In this document: piece after piece, positions 26,836-35,544 of the stretch
How positions within the stretch are numbered: position 1 is the first letter of the stretch
How the letters are laid out: the number at the start of each line of letters is the position of its first letter
From: Candidatus Saccharimonadota bacterium
GTDB taxonomy: Bacteria; Patescibacteriota; Saccharimonadia; Saccharimonadales; JAXHNE01
Direction: 5' to 3'
Assembly: GCA_034520885.1 (NCBI GenBank)
Contig: JAXHNE010000009.1
Location: forward strand, 130,431-194,430
Length of the DNA: 64,000 nucleotides
Position numbers and translations under genes: made by a program
Notes under the pieces: model-generated
What the model saw: the letters and a program-made list of their open reading frames with translations, nothing else
What the model was told of the DNA's origin: nothing
The model's database searches: none

Positions 26836-26912
26836 TGGAGGGCCCAGTGGGACTCGAACCCACGACACCCTGCTTAAGAGGCAGGTGCTCTAACCGGCTG
26901 AGCTATGGGCCC
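26836..26912 (-). tRNA. tRNA-Lys (anticodon CTT), CCA encoded
   Basis: Reverse complement: GGGCCCA TA GCTC AGCCGGTTA GAGC A CCTGC CTCTTAA GCAGG GTGTC GTGGG TTCGAGT CCCAC TGGGCCC T CCA. Confidence 0.9.
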
Positions 26913-27115
26913 GGAAGTAGACTTTCTCATTCGCTTCAGTAAAACTGAAGCCCGTGCGCCCAGCGCACTAACGAAAGCTCACTTCCGGGCGGGCCCCTTC
27001 GCTAGTTTTGGCGCAATAGAAACGCAACAAAGAGAAACTTTAGCAGGTTACCCCTGTTTTTGCAATGCCGGACAATATTTACGGCAAGTGGGTTAATTAC
27101 TGATAAGATACTTGC

Positions 27116-27397
27116 ATGAGTCCCGTTAGAGCCAAAATACACTATGTATACGTGTTAAAAGGTACGAGTAGTGGTAAATTCTATACGGGCTGCACGTCAG
27201 ATTTACGAAAACGCTATAATGAACACCAGAGCGGTCTTAATAAATCCACAAAGAACCGCGGACCATATGAGCTGATATACTATGAAGCCTGCATGGATGC
27301 CAAGGATGCGTTTACGCGAGAGAAATATTTAAAGACAGGGATGGGAAAGCGCTACCTAAAAAATAGACTAAAGCGTTTTCTGGCTCTAACGGGATGA
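27116..27397 (+). CDS. Small GIY-YIG nuclease-domain protein
   Basis: 93 aa. IHYVYVLKGTSSGKFYTGCTSDLRKRYNEHQSG...REKYLK. Its stop overlaps the folD ATG (ATGA at 27394). Confidence 0.75.
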   Translation: MSPVRAKIHYVYVLKGTSSGKFYTGCTSDLRKRYNEHQSGLNKSTKNRGPYELIYYEACMDAKDAFTREKYLKTGMGKRYLKNRLKRFLALTG

Positions 27398-28206
27398 AAA
27401 TGCTGAACGGAAGAGAACTGGCCGGATATATCAAGGAGCGCCAAGCCAAACAAGTGCGTGGTTTACGCCAAGCTCACGGGATAATTCCCAAGCTGGCCAT
27501 ATTACAAACCAAAGACGATCCGGTGATTAACACGTACGTACGCCTTAAACGCCAATACGGTTCGGACATCTTAATCGAAGTCGATAGTTACGTATTAGAT
27601 CAAGGAGAAATTGCAAATAAATTGCAAAATCTAAACGAAGATAAATCCGTGCACGGAATCATCGTACAGCTCCCACTGAGCGACACCGCAAAAACTGATG
27701 AAATCGTGAACCTTGTCGTGCCCGAAAAAGACGTGGACGCGCTTGGCAAAAACGCGGTGCTTGACCCGGCAACACCAACGGCAATTCTATGGTTGTTAAA
27801 TGGCTATAATATCGCGCTCGAAGGAAAGAAGATCTTGATAATCGGTAGAGGCAAGTTAGTCGGGTCGCCCCTTGAAAAAATACTAAAAAGTTCCGGTCAT
27901 GACGTGGAAGTCGTAGGGAGGGAAGTGAAAAACCTAAAAGAAAAAACCCTGCAGGCGGACGTAATCATCACCGCTACGGGAAGCCCCGCCATTTTGTTCC
28001 CGGACATGATCAAGCAAAACGCCGTCGTGGTGGATGCGGGCGTGGCGAGCGAATCGGGCAAAACGGTGGGCGACTTGCACGAAACGGTTTACGAACGACA
28101 AGATTTAACGCTCACGCCCCAAAAGGGCGGCGTCGGCCCGCTTACTGTCTGCGCGTTGTTCGAAAACGTCATTATCGCCGCCAGAAATAGTCTGGAGGAC
28201 GCTTAA
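27394..28206 (+). CDS. folD: Bifunctional methylenetetrahydrofolate dehydrogenase/cyclohydrolase
   Basis: 270 aa. GRELAGYIKERQ, PKLAILQTKDDPVINTYVRLK, HGIIVQLPL and GGVGPLTV blocks. Confidence 0.9.
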   Translation: MKMLNGRELAGYIKERQAKQVRGLRQAHGIIPKLAILQTKDDPVINTYVRLKRQYGSDILIEVDSYVLDQGEIANKLQNLNEDKSVHGIIVQLPLSDTAKTDEIVNLVVPEKDVDALGKNAVLDPATPTAILWLLNGYNIALEGKKILIIGRGKLVGSPLEKILKSSGHDVEVVGREVKNLKEKTLQADVIITATGSPAILFPDMIKQNAVVVDAGVASESGKTVGDLHETVYERQDLTLTPQKGGVGPLTVCALFENVIIAARNSLEDA

Positions 28207-28207
28207 G

Positions 28208-28777
28208 ATGTCGGTTCGCTCAGGGTATGTTGAACGTGCCATACCGCTCCTGGGGTGCATTACGAAACTTGATGAGCCGGAGAAATCCGCTTCCGGACAA
28301 ATGATGAACAAAAAAATCGAACTAGATAAACTTAAAAACGAAGGACTCCCTTATAGATTTTGCCGCAAGGTCGCACACGATGAACTTGCCACGCGTATAG
28401 AAAGTTACGACATTGACCTATTGCTGTCAGTTGCCAGAGGAGGTGACGACCCAACGGGCGGTTTAAGCCGGCGTTTACGAACAATGCACAACGCGGCATT
28501 TACTCGTGCGATTAATATCTCCCCCGAAGAAAAGCAATTCTACCCAAAGACCGAAGAAGATGAAAAAATGATTCGATCCGCCGGACGGATTGCTTTGATT
28601 GACGACGTTTTTACGACGGGCAGCTCATTGTTAAAAGTCGCCAATATGCCGTGTATGGAGGGGGAGATCGCGGTGGCGGGTGTTATATGGAACCGCGATG
28701 ACGGTACGCACACTTCCAACATGCCGTTTCCCGTTGAATCGGTCGTGCAAAAACACATTCCACTCCTGGAAACGTAA
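28208..28777 (+). CDS. Phosphoribosyltransferase-domain protein
   Basis: PRPP-binding motif IALIDDVFTTGSSL. The true start may be the MMNKK Met at 28301. Confidence 0.55.
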   Translation: MSVRSGYVERAIPLLGCITKLDEPEKSASGQMMNKKIELDKLKNEGLPYRFCRKVAHDELATRIESYDIDLLLSVARGGDDPTGGLSRRLRTMHNAAFTRAINISPEEKQFYPKTEEDEKMIRSAGRIALIDDVFTTGSSLLKVANMPCMEGEIAVAGVIWNRDDGTHTSNMPFPVESVVQKHIPLLET

Positions 28778-29458
28778 ATGAAAATAGGCGTTTTTGATTC
28801 CGGGATCGGTGGAAAATCAATTGCCGCTGCCATTCAAAAAGCAATGCCCGAAGCACAAGTTATTTATAAACAAGACGAAAAAAACCTCCCTTACGGAACG
28901 AAAAGTAAAGCCGAGCTTTTGCATTTCGTGCTGCCATTCATCCAAGAATTTAACGGGGAAAATTGCGACGCAGTCGTAATCGCGTGCAACACGGTCACCA
29001 CCAATACCATAAATCACGTTCGCCTTGCGTGTAACGCGCCGGTAATCGGTATTGAACCCATGGTCAAACCGGCGGCGCGGGTTACAAAATCCAAAAAAAT
29101 CGCAGTTTGCGCTACCCCGACAACACTTAACAGTAAACGCTACCAAGAGCTAAAACATACTTACGCGGCGGGTATAGAAGTTTTCGAGCCGGATTGTAGT
29201 GACTGGTCTACTATGATCGAAGCCAAAAAGATCAATCAGGATAAAATTGACCGCCAAATCAAGGAAGTTTGCAAGCGCGGAGCGGACGTTATCGTCCTGG
29301 GGTGTACGCACTATCACTGGATTGAAAAGGAAATACAAAAAGTCGCGGATGAATTTCACGCAAAAGTCATACAACCGGAGGAAGCCATCGTTCGCCGCCT
29401 CAAACAAGTAATAAACAACGAAAACAACCGCCTTCATAACCATAAGCTCCAGAATTGA
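28778..29458 (+). CDS. murI: Glutamate racemase
   Basis: 226 aa. MKIGVFDSGIGG, LPYGTKS, and the catalytic Cys blocks VIACNTVT and LGCTHY. Confidence 0.87.
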   Translation: MKIGVFDSGIGGKSIAAAIQKAMPEAQVIYKQDEKNLPYGTKSKAELLHFVLPFIQEFNGENCDAVVIACNTVTTNTINHVRLACNAPVIGIEPMVKPAARVTKSKKIAVCATPTTLNSKRYQELKHTYAAGIEVFEPDCSDWSTMIEAKKINQDKIDRQIKEVCKRGADVIVLGCTHYHWIEKEIQKVADEFHAKVIQPEEAIVRRLKQVINNENNRLHNHKLQN

Positions 29459-29579
29459 GCTAGTTTGTGTTTTCTTTGCGAGGCTCACAGTATGTTGTAC
29501 TTACGGGTACTACTTACGAGAAACGCAGCTAAAAAATGCAAAATAGCCAATAACAAATCGAAAAAGTTACTTGTTCACT

Positions 29580-30899
29580 TTAGTCTTTTGTGATCTGTAG
29601 TTCATGGACGGCAGATTTAAATTGGTTGCCCCTGTCTTTGTAATTCTCAAACAACCCGAAACTCGCACACCCCGTCGAAAGTAACACCACATCGCCCTCT
29701 CGGGCGTATTCTTGAGCTTGCTGAACGATCTGTTCCATATCTTCTTTACCTTTTACGGTTGCCGAAAACCCCTCGGCTTTAAGGGCTTTCTGGATTTCCG
29801 GAGCAGTGTCGCCAATTAAAATGGCTTTGCGGACGTTATGATTTTTAACGGTGCGGGCTAATTTGTCGTAGCGGCCTTTTTTGTCCGATCCGCCAAGAAT
29901 AACGATCTTTGGTTCTTTAAAAGCCTCAATGGCAACTACGGCCGTTTCCGGGGTGGTGCCGAACGAGTCATCATAGTATTTTACACCGCTAATCTCTTTT
30001 ACTAATTCCAGCCGGTGCTCCAGCCCGGAAAAGGTGCTTACCGTCCAGCGGACGGCTTGTTTGTCGTGGGAGATTTGCCAAAATGCGGTTACCGCCGCGC
30101 AAATGTTTTGCAAATTATGCTTGCCCAAAAGCTTGATATCCGCCGCTTCCACGATCTCTTTGCCGTCAATGAAAATAGCGCCGTCTTCGCTGTAAGCGCC
30201 CGGTTCGGAAAAATACGGGATCTTTTTCCCGCGCGAGACATTCGCAATTTTCTTTGAATTTTCGTTTTCAGCGAAGTATACGGCCGTGTCGTACCTGCTT
30301 TGGTGCGCGAACAGCTGTTGTTTGGCGGTAATGTATTCGTCCATATCATCGTGCCAGTCCATGTGTTCCGGTTCTACCATCAAGCAAATGCCGATTTTGG
30401 GCGAACGTTTTAAATCGATCAGTTGAAAGTTGGCCAGTTCGAGCACCACCCAGTCGTCCCGGCTAATGTCGTTATTGAGCATTTCCAGTGGCGGAGTCCC
30501 TATGTTGCCACCAAGGTGGGTGCGCTTACCGGCGGCTTCCAGCATCTTGGCAAGCAGCGTGCTGGTAGTGCCTTTGCCTTTGGTGCCCGTGACACCAACG
30601 ATGTTACGGGAAGGGCAGATCTTTATGAACTCTTTGGTGTTGGTGGTGACCTTTTCCAGAATTTTAGGAGTTCCAGGGTTGGCTTTTTTGATGTCTTCGG
30701 GGTGTAAAGCCGGGGTGCGCACCAAAAGGTCGAACTTTTCCAGGTCTTTTAGGTAGTTCGCGCCAAGTTTCGTTTCGGCATCTTCAGGAGCTTTCAGGTT
30801 TTTATCGGCGTCACATATGGTAATGGCGTTTTTACCTTCGTTCCAATAGGTATAAGCGGATTTTCCCTGACTGCCAAAACCAAGTATCGCAATTTTCAT
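29580..30899 (-). CDS. murD: UDP-N-acetylmuramoylalanine--D-glutamate ligase
   Basis: 439 aa. N-terminal Rossmann MKIAILGFGSQGKS, Mur ligase P-loop GVTGTKGKGTTS, and LEHRLE. Confidence 0.9.
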   Translation of the reverse strand: MKIAILGFGSQGKSAYTYWNEGKNAITICDADKNLKAPEDAETKLGANYLKDLEKFDLLVRTPALHPEDIKKANPGTPKILEKVTTNTKEFIKICPSRNIVGVTGTKGKGTTSTLLAKMLEAAGKRTHLGGNIGTPPLEMLNNDISRDDWVVLELANFQLIDLKRSPKIGICLMVEPEHMDWHDDMDEYITAKQQLFAHQSRYDTAVYFAENENSKKIANVSRGKKIPYFSEPGAYSEDGAIFIDGKEIVEAADIKLLGKHNLQNICAAVTAFWQISHDKQAVRWTVSTFSGLEHRLELVKEISGVKYYDDSFGTTPETAVVAIEAFKEPKIVILGGSDKKGRYDKLARTVKNHNVRKAILIGDTAPEIQKALKAEGFSATVKGKEDMEQIVQQAQEYAREGDVVLLSTGCASFGLFENYKDRGNQFKSAVHELQITKD

Positions 30900-30906
30900 T
30901 TATGTC

Positions 30907-31272
30907 CTATAACTTGCTTTTGACGAGTTCGGCGACTTGGCGGGGCGTCATGTCGGCTTTTAGGATAACGTCGTTCACGCCCATGTCTTTTACTTTTTGC
31001 GGGACTTCTTGTTCGCCCATGTTGGTCAAAATAACCACTTTTACGTCTTTTCCGTAATCGGTCGCCCGGAGTTTTTCGAGCATTTCATCGCCGGTCATTT
31101 CCGGCATCATAAGGTCAAGAAGTATGATATCCGGCCGCATTTTTTCACATAGTTGTAAGCCCAGTTTACCGTTTTCGGCGGTTTCGACTTCGTAGCCTTC
31201 GGCCTCGAATTTTATACGATACATCTGGGAGATAGCTTGATCGTCTTCGATAATTGCTATCTTTGTAGTCAT
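30907..31272 (-). CDS. Single-domain (CheY-like) response regulator
   Basis: 121 aa. Acidic pocket EDD, phospho-acceptor ILLDLMMP, LTN and LKAD signature residues. Confidence 0.85.
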   Translation of the reverse strand: MTTKIAIIEDDQAISQMYRIKFEAEGYEVETAENGKLGLQLCEKMRPDIILLDLMMPEMTGDEMLEKLRATDYGKDVKVVILTNMGEQEVPQKVKDMGVNDVILKADMTPRQVAELVKSKL

Positions 31273-31303
31273 ACTACAATTCTATGCCACGTAGTGGATA
31301 AAC

Positions 31304-31690
31304 TCAAGCTCCCGCCGGTTCGGGTGCTTCACCCAGCACTTGTTTAACGGCGTCTATAAGCTGATTGTGTACCAGATTGGCCTTCACGATGTAGCGTTCA
31401 ATGCCAAAATCTCTTATGTTCGCCGGCGCCTCTGCCTCGCTGATATTCGTTAAAACAATAACTTTTATGGCTTTACCCCAGTCACTTTCGCGCATGGCTT
31501 TTAGTACGTCATCGCCGGACATTATCGGCATCATTAAATCCAGTAGCACCAAATCCGGCAACTCATTTTGAATAAGTTCCAGCCCGGTCATACCGTTACC
31601 GGCCCGTTTACACTCAAACCCGGCTAACTCCAGCCGTGTCTGATAAATCTCCGCTAACATTTCATCATCTTCAACCAGAACGATTTTCAT
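31304..31690 (-). CDS. Single-domain (CheY-like) response regulator
   Basis: 128 aa. VEDD, LLDLMMP, LTN and VKAN. It overlaps the upstream paralogue by 4 nt. Confidence 0.85.
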   Translation of the reverse strand: MKIVLVEDDEMLAEIYQTRLELAGFECKRAGNGMTGLELIQNELPDLVLLDLMMPIMSGDDVLKAMRESDWGKAIKVIVLTNISEAEAPANIRDFGIERYIVKANLVHNQLIDAVKQVLGEAPEPAGA

Positions 31691-32058
31691 GCCTTTACTC
31701 CTAGTACTTCGTTTACCACGGCAAGAACTTGGCTTGGGGTGTGGTGAGCTTTCACTATATAACGATCAATATTTAAAAACCGCAGTTTGCTTGGTGCTTC
31801 GTCGCGGCTGATGTTGGTTAGAATGATCACTCGCAAATCCGCGCCCCAGTCGCAACTTCGTACCTCCTCAAGCATTTCGTCGCCTTTTAGCTTGGGCATT
31901 TTTATATCTACGAGTGCCAGGTCGGGCTGAAACGTTTTTAGGAGTTCAAGCCCTTCCTCGCCATTATAGGCAACTTTCACTTCATGTTTTGCCGCTCTCA
32001 GCTTGTGCTTATACATGTCGGCAATCGGGAAATCGTCTTCTATGACGGCAATTTTCAT
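31687..32058 (-). CDS. Single-domain (CheY-like) response regulator
   Basis: 123 aa. IEDD, LVDIKMP, LTN and VKAH. Confidence 0.85.
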   Translation of the reverse strand: MKIAVIEDDFPIADMYKHKLRAAKHEVKVAYNGEEGLELLKTFQPDLALVDIKMPKLKGDEMLEEVRSCDWGADLRVIILTNISRDEAPSKLRFLNIDRYIVKAHHTPSQVLAVVNEVLGVKA

Positions 32059-32143
32059 AATTTGTAAATCTCTATTTTGATTATATAGTTGATATTATAC
32101 ACCCTTTATGCTAATCTTTGAATAGTACGTTTGTAAACCAACC

Positions 32144-32190
32144 AGCACCGGGAACCTCTTTGAAGGGTGCCGGTGCTATTTTTATTTTTG
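32144..32190 (+). terminator. Orphan rho-independent terminator-like hairpin at the left edge of the AT-rich island
   Basis: AGCACCGG...CCGGTGCT stem (32144-32177) followed by ATTTTTATTTTT. There is no upstream plus-strand gene. The ATG of the next ORF follows 5 nt later, without a Shine-Dalgarno. Confidence 0.5.
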
Positions 32191-32194
32191 CCAA

Positions 32195-33463
32195 ATGAAC
32201 CTAGTAAACCATCCAAGACAACTGCTTTCTGAAGCCATTAGAACATCAATTAAAGAGTTGTTTGATGTTTCATGGACGCCTCGTGTAATTCGACAACACA
32301 AAAATAAAAGCTATGGCAAACTGACATTTGTTGACTATGCTGTGCCATGCTTTGAAATTGCAAGGTCGCTCGGGATAAGTCCAGAAGACTTAACTAAAAA
32401 AATTTGTAATAATCTTGTAATAAAACATCCCTGCATAACTAGTCGATTTACTGTAGATTCAGTCGATGGGTATATTAATTTCGAGCTGTGTGATCAATTC
32501 ATTTACAGTGCTTTGAAAGATAGTGCCCAGTGGTATAAAAAGCCTCAGACCTTGAGTTCTGAAGCAGGTTTCAACTTCCTTGTATTGGGAGACGAGACTT
32601 TTGGCGATGCAACTAATATCCAAAGGAAAGCCTGTTTTCTTATTCAAGACATATACCGAAAACTAGGTGCCGAAACACGGATTAAATGCATTTTTAGTAA
32701 TTACTCGAAAGAGGCCATTGAGCAGATCGCTAATTTTTTTATAAAAAATAATAAAGACAAAAAAAAGAAATTAACAGTTAGATCGACAGTTAAGAGATCC
32801 TTACGACACAACGTTAGTTCGGATTTTATTAACGAATATAAAACCAGGTACAGCTTGCAAGTAAGACAAAAATTGCAAAATATAGAATACGGTAATTTTA
32901 TTTACGAGTCGGACCTCGCCGAAGAAACCCATACTTTTATTTCTCAATTCGTGACCTCACACCCAAAACAATTTATAAAGGATGAAACGAGTTTTGCTGT
33001 TTTCTTGGCTTGTGATGACGAATATGTTTCATTAAGAACCTCTAGCGGCATACTCTACAGAGCAGCATTTATCCTATTCCTCCTAAATTCTATTCTTAAA
33101 GAAACAAACTCACACAGTGAAAGCCCGGTAGTTATCGCACCTCAGTATATGCACAACTTTATAAATGAAGCTGCGAAGTTGTTTTCTTCGTCAGGAGTAG
33201 TTTGTTTTGATCCAAAAGTATCTAGTGCAGACATCAGAGATCTCTCAAGTATCAAGTCACTCTCAAACCATTTTTCGCAGATAATAACGGTAATTTCTGA
33301 GTTATCGGAAGTCAAGATCCATAATCGAGAAACAAGACAGAACTTACTGATCTTAGTTGACCTACCAATTGAACTCAACGAGTACGTTGCAGACAAGCGC
33401 TTGCCAGCACTATTTGATCTGCTTAATAACTCAAAAGACAAGCTTGAGTTATTAAGGACTTAA
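32195..33463 (+). CDS. Arginyl-tRNA synthetase paralogue, truncated and lacking the HIGH motif
   Basis: 422 aa, ~36% GC. The ArgRS N-terminal domain pattern is LLSEAIRTSIKELF...YGKLTFVDYAVPCFEIARSLGISPEDL...VDGYINFEL. The Rossmann-fold block reads FNFLVLGDETFGDATNIQRKACFLIQDIYRKLG where ArgRS has S.NP.(K/G).HVGH.R. The ArgRS-like block AVFLACDDEYVSLRTSSGILYRAAFI aligns with VVFL...KDGG.LYTTTDIA. The anticodon-binding region is much reduced. Confidence 0.55.
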   Translation: MNLVNHPRQLLSEAIRTSIKELFDVSWTPRVIRQHKNKSYGKLTFVDYAVPCFEIARSLGISPEDLTKKICNNLVIKHPCITSRFTVDSVDGYINFELCDQFIYSALKDSAQWYKKPQTLSSEAGFNFLVLGDETFGDATNIQRKACFLIQDIYRKLGAETRIKCIFSNYSKEAIEQIANFFIKNNKDKKKKLTVRSTVKRSLRHNVSSDFINEYKTRYSLQVRQKLQNIEYGNFIYESDLAEETHTFISQFVTSHPKQFIKDETSFAVFLACDDEYVSLRTSSGILYRAAFILFLLNSILKETNSHSESPVVIAPQYMHNFINEAAKLFSSSGVVCFDPKVSSADIRDLSSIKSLSNHFSQIITVISELSEVKIHNRETRQNLLILVDLPIELNEYVADKRLPALFDLLNNSKDKLELLRT

Positions 33464-34648
33464 AATCTTGTGTACATCGCGGCTGATCAAAATAGGTTGT
33501 ACGGTAAATGTGTCGCCGAAAAGTAAGAAGTTTGCCTCTTTACCATAACCCCCATACTCTTCATTACCTTTTTCGACGTCATTAACAATCTTGTTATGCA
33601 ACAGCTTTACTGTGTCGAGGTTACTAGTAATGTTTTCGTTTTTCCCAAAGTAACTTACATACATAGCTCGTCTATTGAAATTATATTTATTAACTACTTC
33701 TTGAAGTTCGGCCTCGTTTTCAAACACAACAACATAAAAAAATGGTGCAAAAAATTCGTGAAAGTCTTTATTTCCATTCTCTCTCACTGTAGCTTTTATT
33801 ATTGTAGGATAGATGTATTTGTTTTTGTGATCTATTTTGCCACCAAAAAGGATGTTAGGTTTCTCATCAGCTATCCACCGCTCCAATTCCTGGATATAAG
33901 AGTTTTTCATAATTGGCCCAACATTAGTTTTTGGATCTTCAGTACTTCCTACGTTGATATTTTCTAGATTCTTTTGGAGCTCATTAATAAATATAGTGGA
34001 AACATCACGATGTACAAAAAACGCGTCTGGGCCGGCACAGTCTTGTCCGCTGTTAAAGCAACGCATTTCAACCGCTTTTTGAGCTGCAAGTACTACGTTG
34101 GCATTTTCGAAAACAATAAATGGGTTCACGCCACTTCCGTTATAAACAAGCAAGGAGTCAGGGCACTTTTCGTGAATATCAAGAGCATTCTTGTACTTAC
34201 CTGTGAAGATAACTACATCTGAATCTGAAGCGTACAATTCTATAAAAAGGTGTCTTGGGCTTGGTTTCATTGAAAGTGCTGGAAAAAAATCAGAGACTTC
34301 AAGTAAGTCCCAGAGCTGTTTCAGAGTATCATTCATTATTTCTGGTGGGCGAATAAACACCTTTTGCGCAAATGCGCTTGGCATAATTCCAAATAGCACT
34401 AGTGAGTAAAGAGGTAAATTTAGAGGGAAGAAGGTAGATACTCTGAGATTACTCAAAGGTTTTTTTAAGAGAGAGAGTTCACGTTCTGCACCTTTAAGTG
34501 TTTCGATCGACCGCTTTATTTCGTCATCTGCAGCATCGCGGGTTTCATACCTTTGAAGCAGTTTTTGAAGTTCGGTTTCGCGAGCTTTAATCAATTCAGC
34601 AAGTTTCTCGGCTTTTGAATAAAAATGAAGAAGATTGTTTGTAGACAT
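33452..34648 (-). CDS. Aldehyde dehydrogenase-superfamily protein (LuxC/acyl-CoA reductase-like?)
   Basis: 398 aa. The catalytic-Cys block FNSGQDCAGPDAFFVH matches the ALDH pattern F.N.GQ.C. There is an N-terminal coiled coil. Its 3' end overlaps the ArgRS-like gene by 12 nt (convergent). Confidence 0.55.
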   Translation of the reverse strand: MSTNNLLHFYSKAEKLAELIKARETELQKLLQRYETRDAADDEIKRSIETLKGAERELSLLKKPLSNLRVSTFFPLNLPLYSLVLFGIMPSAFAQKVFIRPPEIMNDTLKQLWDLLEVSDFFPALSMKPSPRHLFIELYASDSDVVIFTGKYKNALDIHEKCPDSLLVYNGSGVNPFIVFENANVVLAAQKAVEMRCFNSGQDCAGPDAFFVHRDVSTIFINELQKNLENINVGSTEDPKTNVGPIMKNSYIQELERWIADEKPNILFGGKIDHKNKYIYPTIIKATVRENGNKDFHEFFAPFFYVVVFENEAELQEVVNKYNFNRRAMYVSYFGKNENITSNLDTVKLLHNKIVNDVEKGNEEYGGYGKEANFLLFGDTFTVQPILISRDVHKILSP

Positions 34649-34778
34649 CGTGTGCAGAACTATTGAACAAATTACTATTATATGTTATAATACGGTGTAT
34701 AGTGGTGTCTGCAGGAACTGCAAGTTAACTAGCCACAAATAACAGTATACATATAGTATACATAGAGAGTTACAAAAT

Positions 34779-35540
34779 ATGCCAGAATTCCAAGAAGATA
34801 AATTTGAGTTTGAAAATAGAGGCACCGAAGTAGAGGGTGCAGAAATTGATGATCAACCAGAGTCTCTTCGTGAACTAGGCAGGTTTGCAAGCATTAGAGA
34901 TAAGGCTAAGTACATAATAGAGACGGGGGTTGTAGGGCTTATAGTTTCTCCGGCGAATGAAATTTTTACTTACGCTCCAGCTGCAGCCGTTCAAGCCTCT
35001 ACGGGGAACACTCTTACGGCTGCGTGTACTCTAGGAGGGTTGAATGCTTTATTCCAAGGTGCGGGTACAGTAGCTTCAGCTGACTTGCTAGACACTAATA
35101 CCAGCAACAAGGCTGTTTCCTGGTTAAATGAAAGATTAACAAAAGTAACCAAGGGTAAACGTTACATATCCAACCCGGTAGTTGAAGCAAATCTAGCATA
35201 TTGGGGTGGTTCATCTGTGGTTTTGGCGGCACGTCAAGTTGAAAACCCATCTATAAATAAACGTGAGAGGCTAAAATACGGACTATTTACTACTGCCTGG
35301 ACTTCCCCTGTATTAACTACACAGTGGCTGACGGTGGGTAATTCAATTGAAGACCCTTCGATGACGAATATAGGAGTAGCAGGAGCGGCCACCGTTGGAT
35401 TTTTTGGTGCGTTAAAATATATAAAAGATAAATATTACTCCGCCGAAAATTGTGAAAATGAAAGTAATGATGACAACGAAGCTAAAATTAATATTTTTAA
35501 AGCAGTAGCGAATGCTCGAAATAGAAAGAAAGGGATATAG
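34779..35540 (+). CDS. Hypothetical protein with Gly/Ala-rich hydrophobic segments
   Basis: 253 aa, AT-rich. The N-terminus is acidic. Hydrophobic stretches include VVGLIVSPANEIF and IGVAGAATVGFFGAL. No family recognised. Confidence 0.4.
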   Translation: MPEFQEDKFEFENRGTEVEGAEIDDQPESLRELGRFASIRDKAKYIIETGVVGLIVSPANEIFTYAPAAAVQASTGNTLTAACTLGGLNALFQGAGTVASADLLDTNTSNKAVSWLNERLTKVTKGKRYISNPVVEANLAYWGGSSVVLAARQVENPSINKRERLKYGLFTTAWTSPVLTTQWLTVGNSIEDPSMTNIGVAGAATVGFFGALKYIKDKYYSAENCENESNDDNEAKINIFKAVANARNRKKGI

Positions 35541-35544
35541 CATT

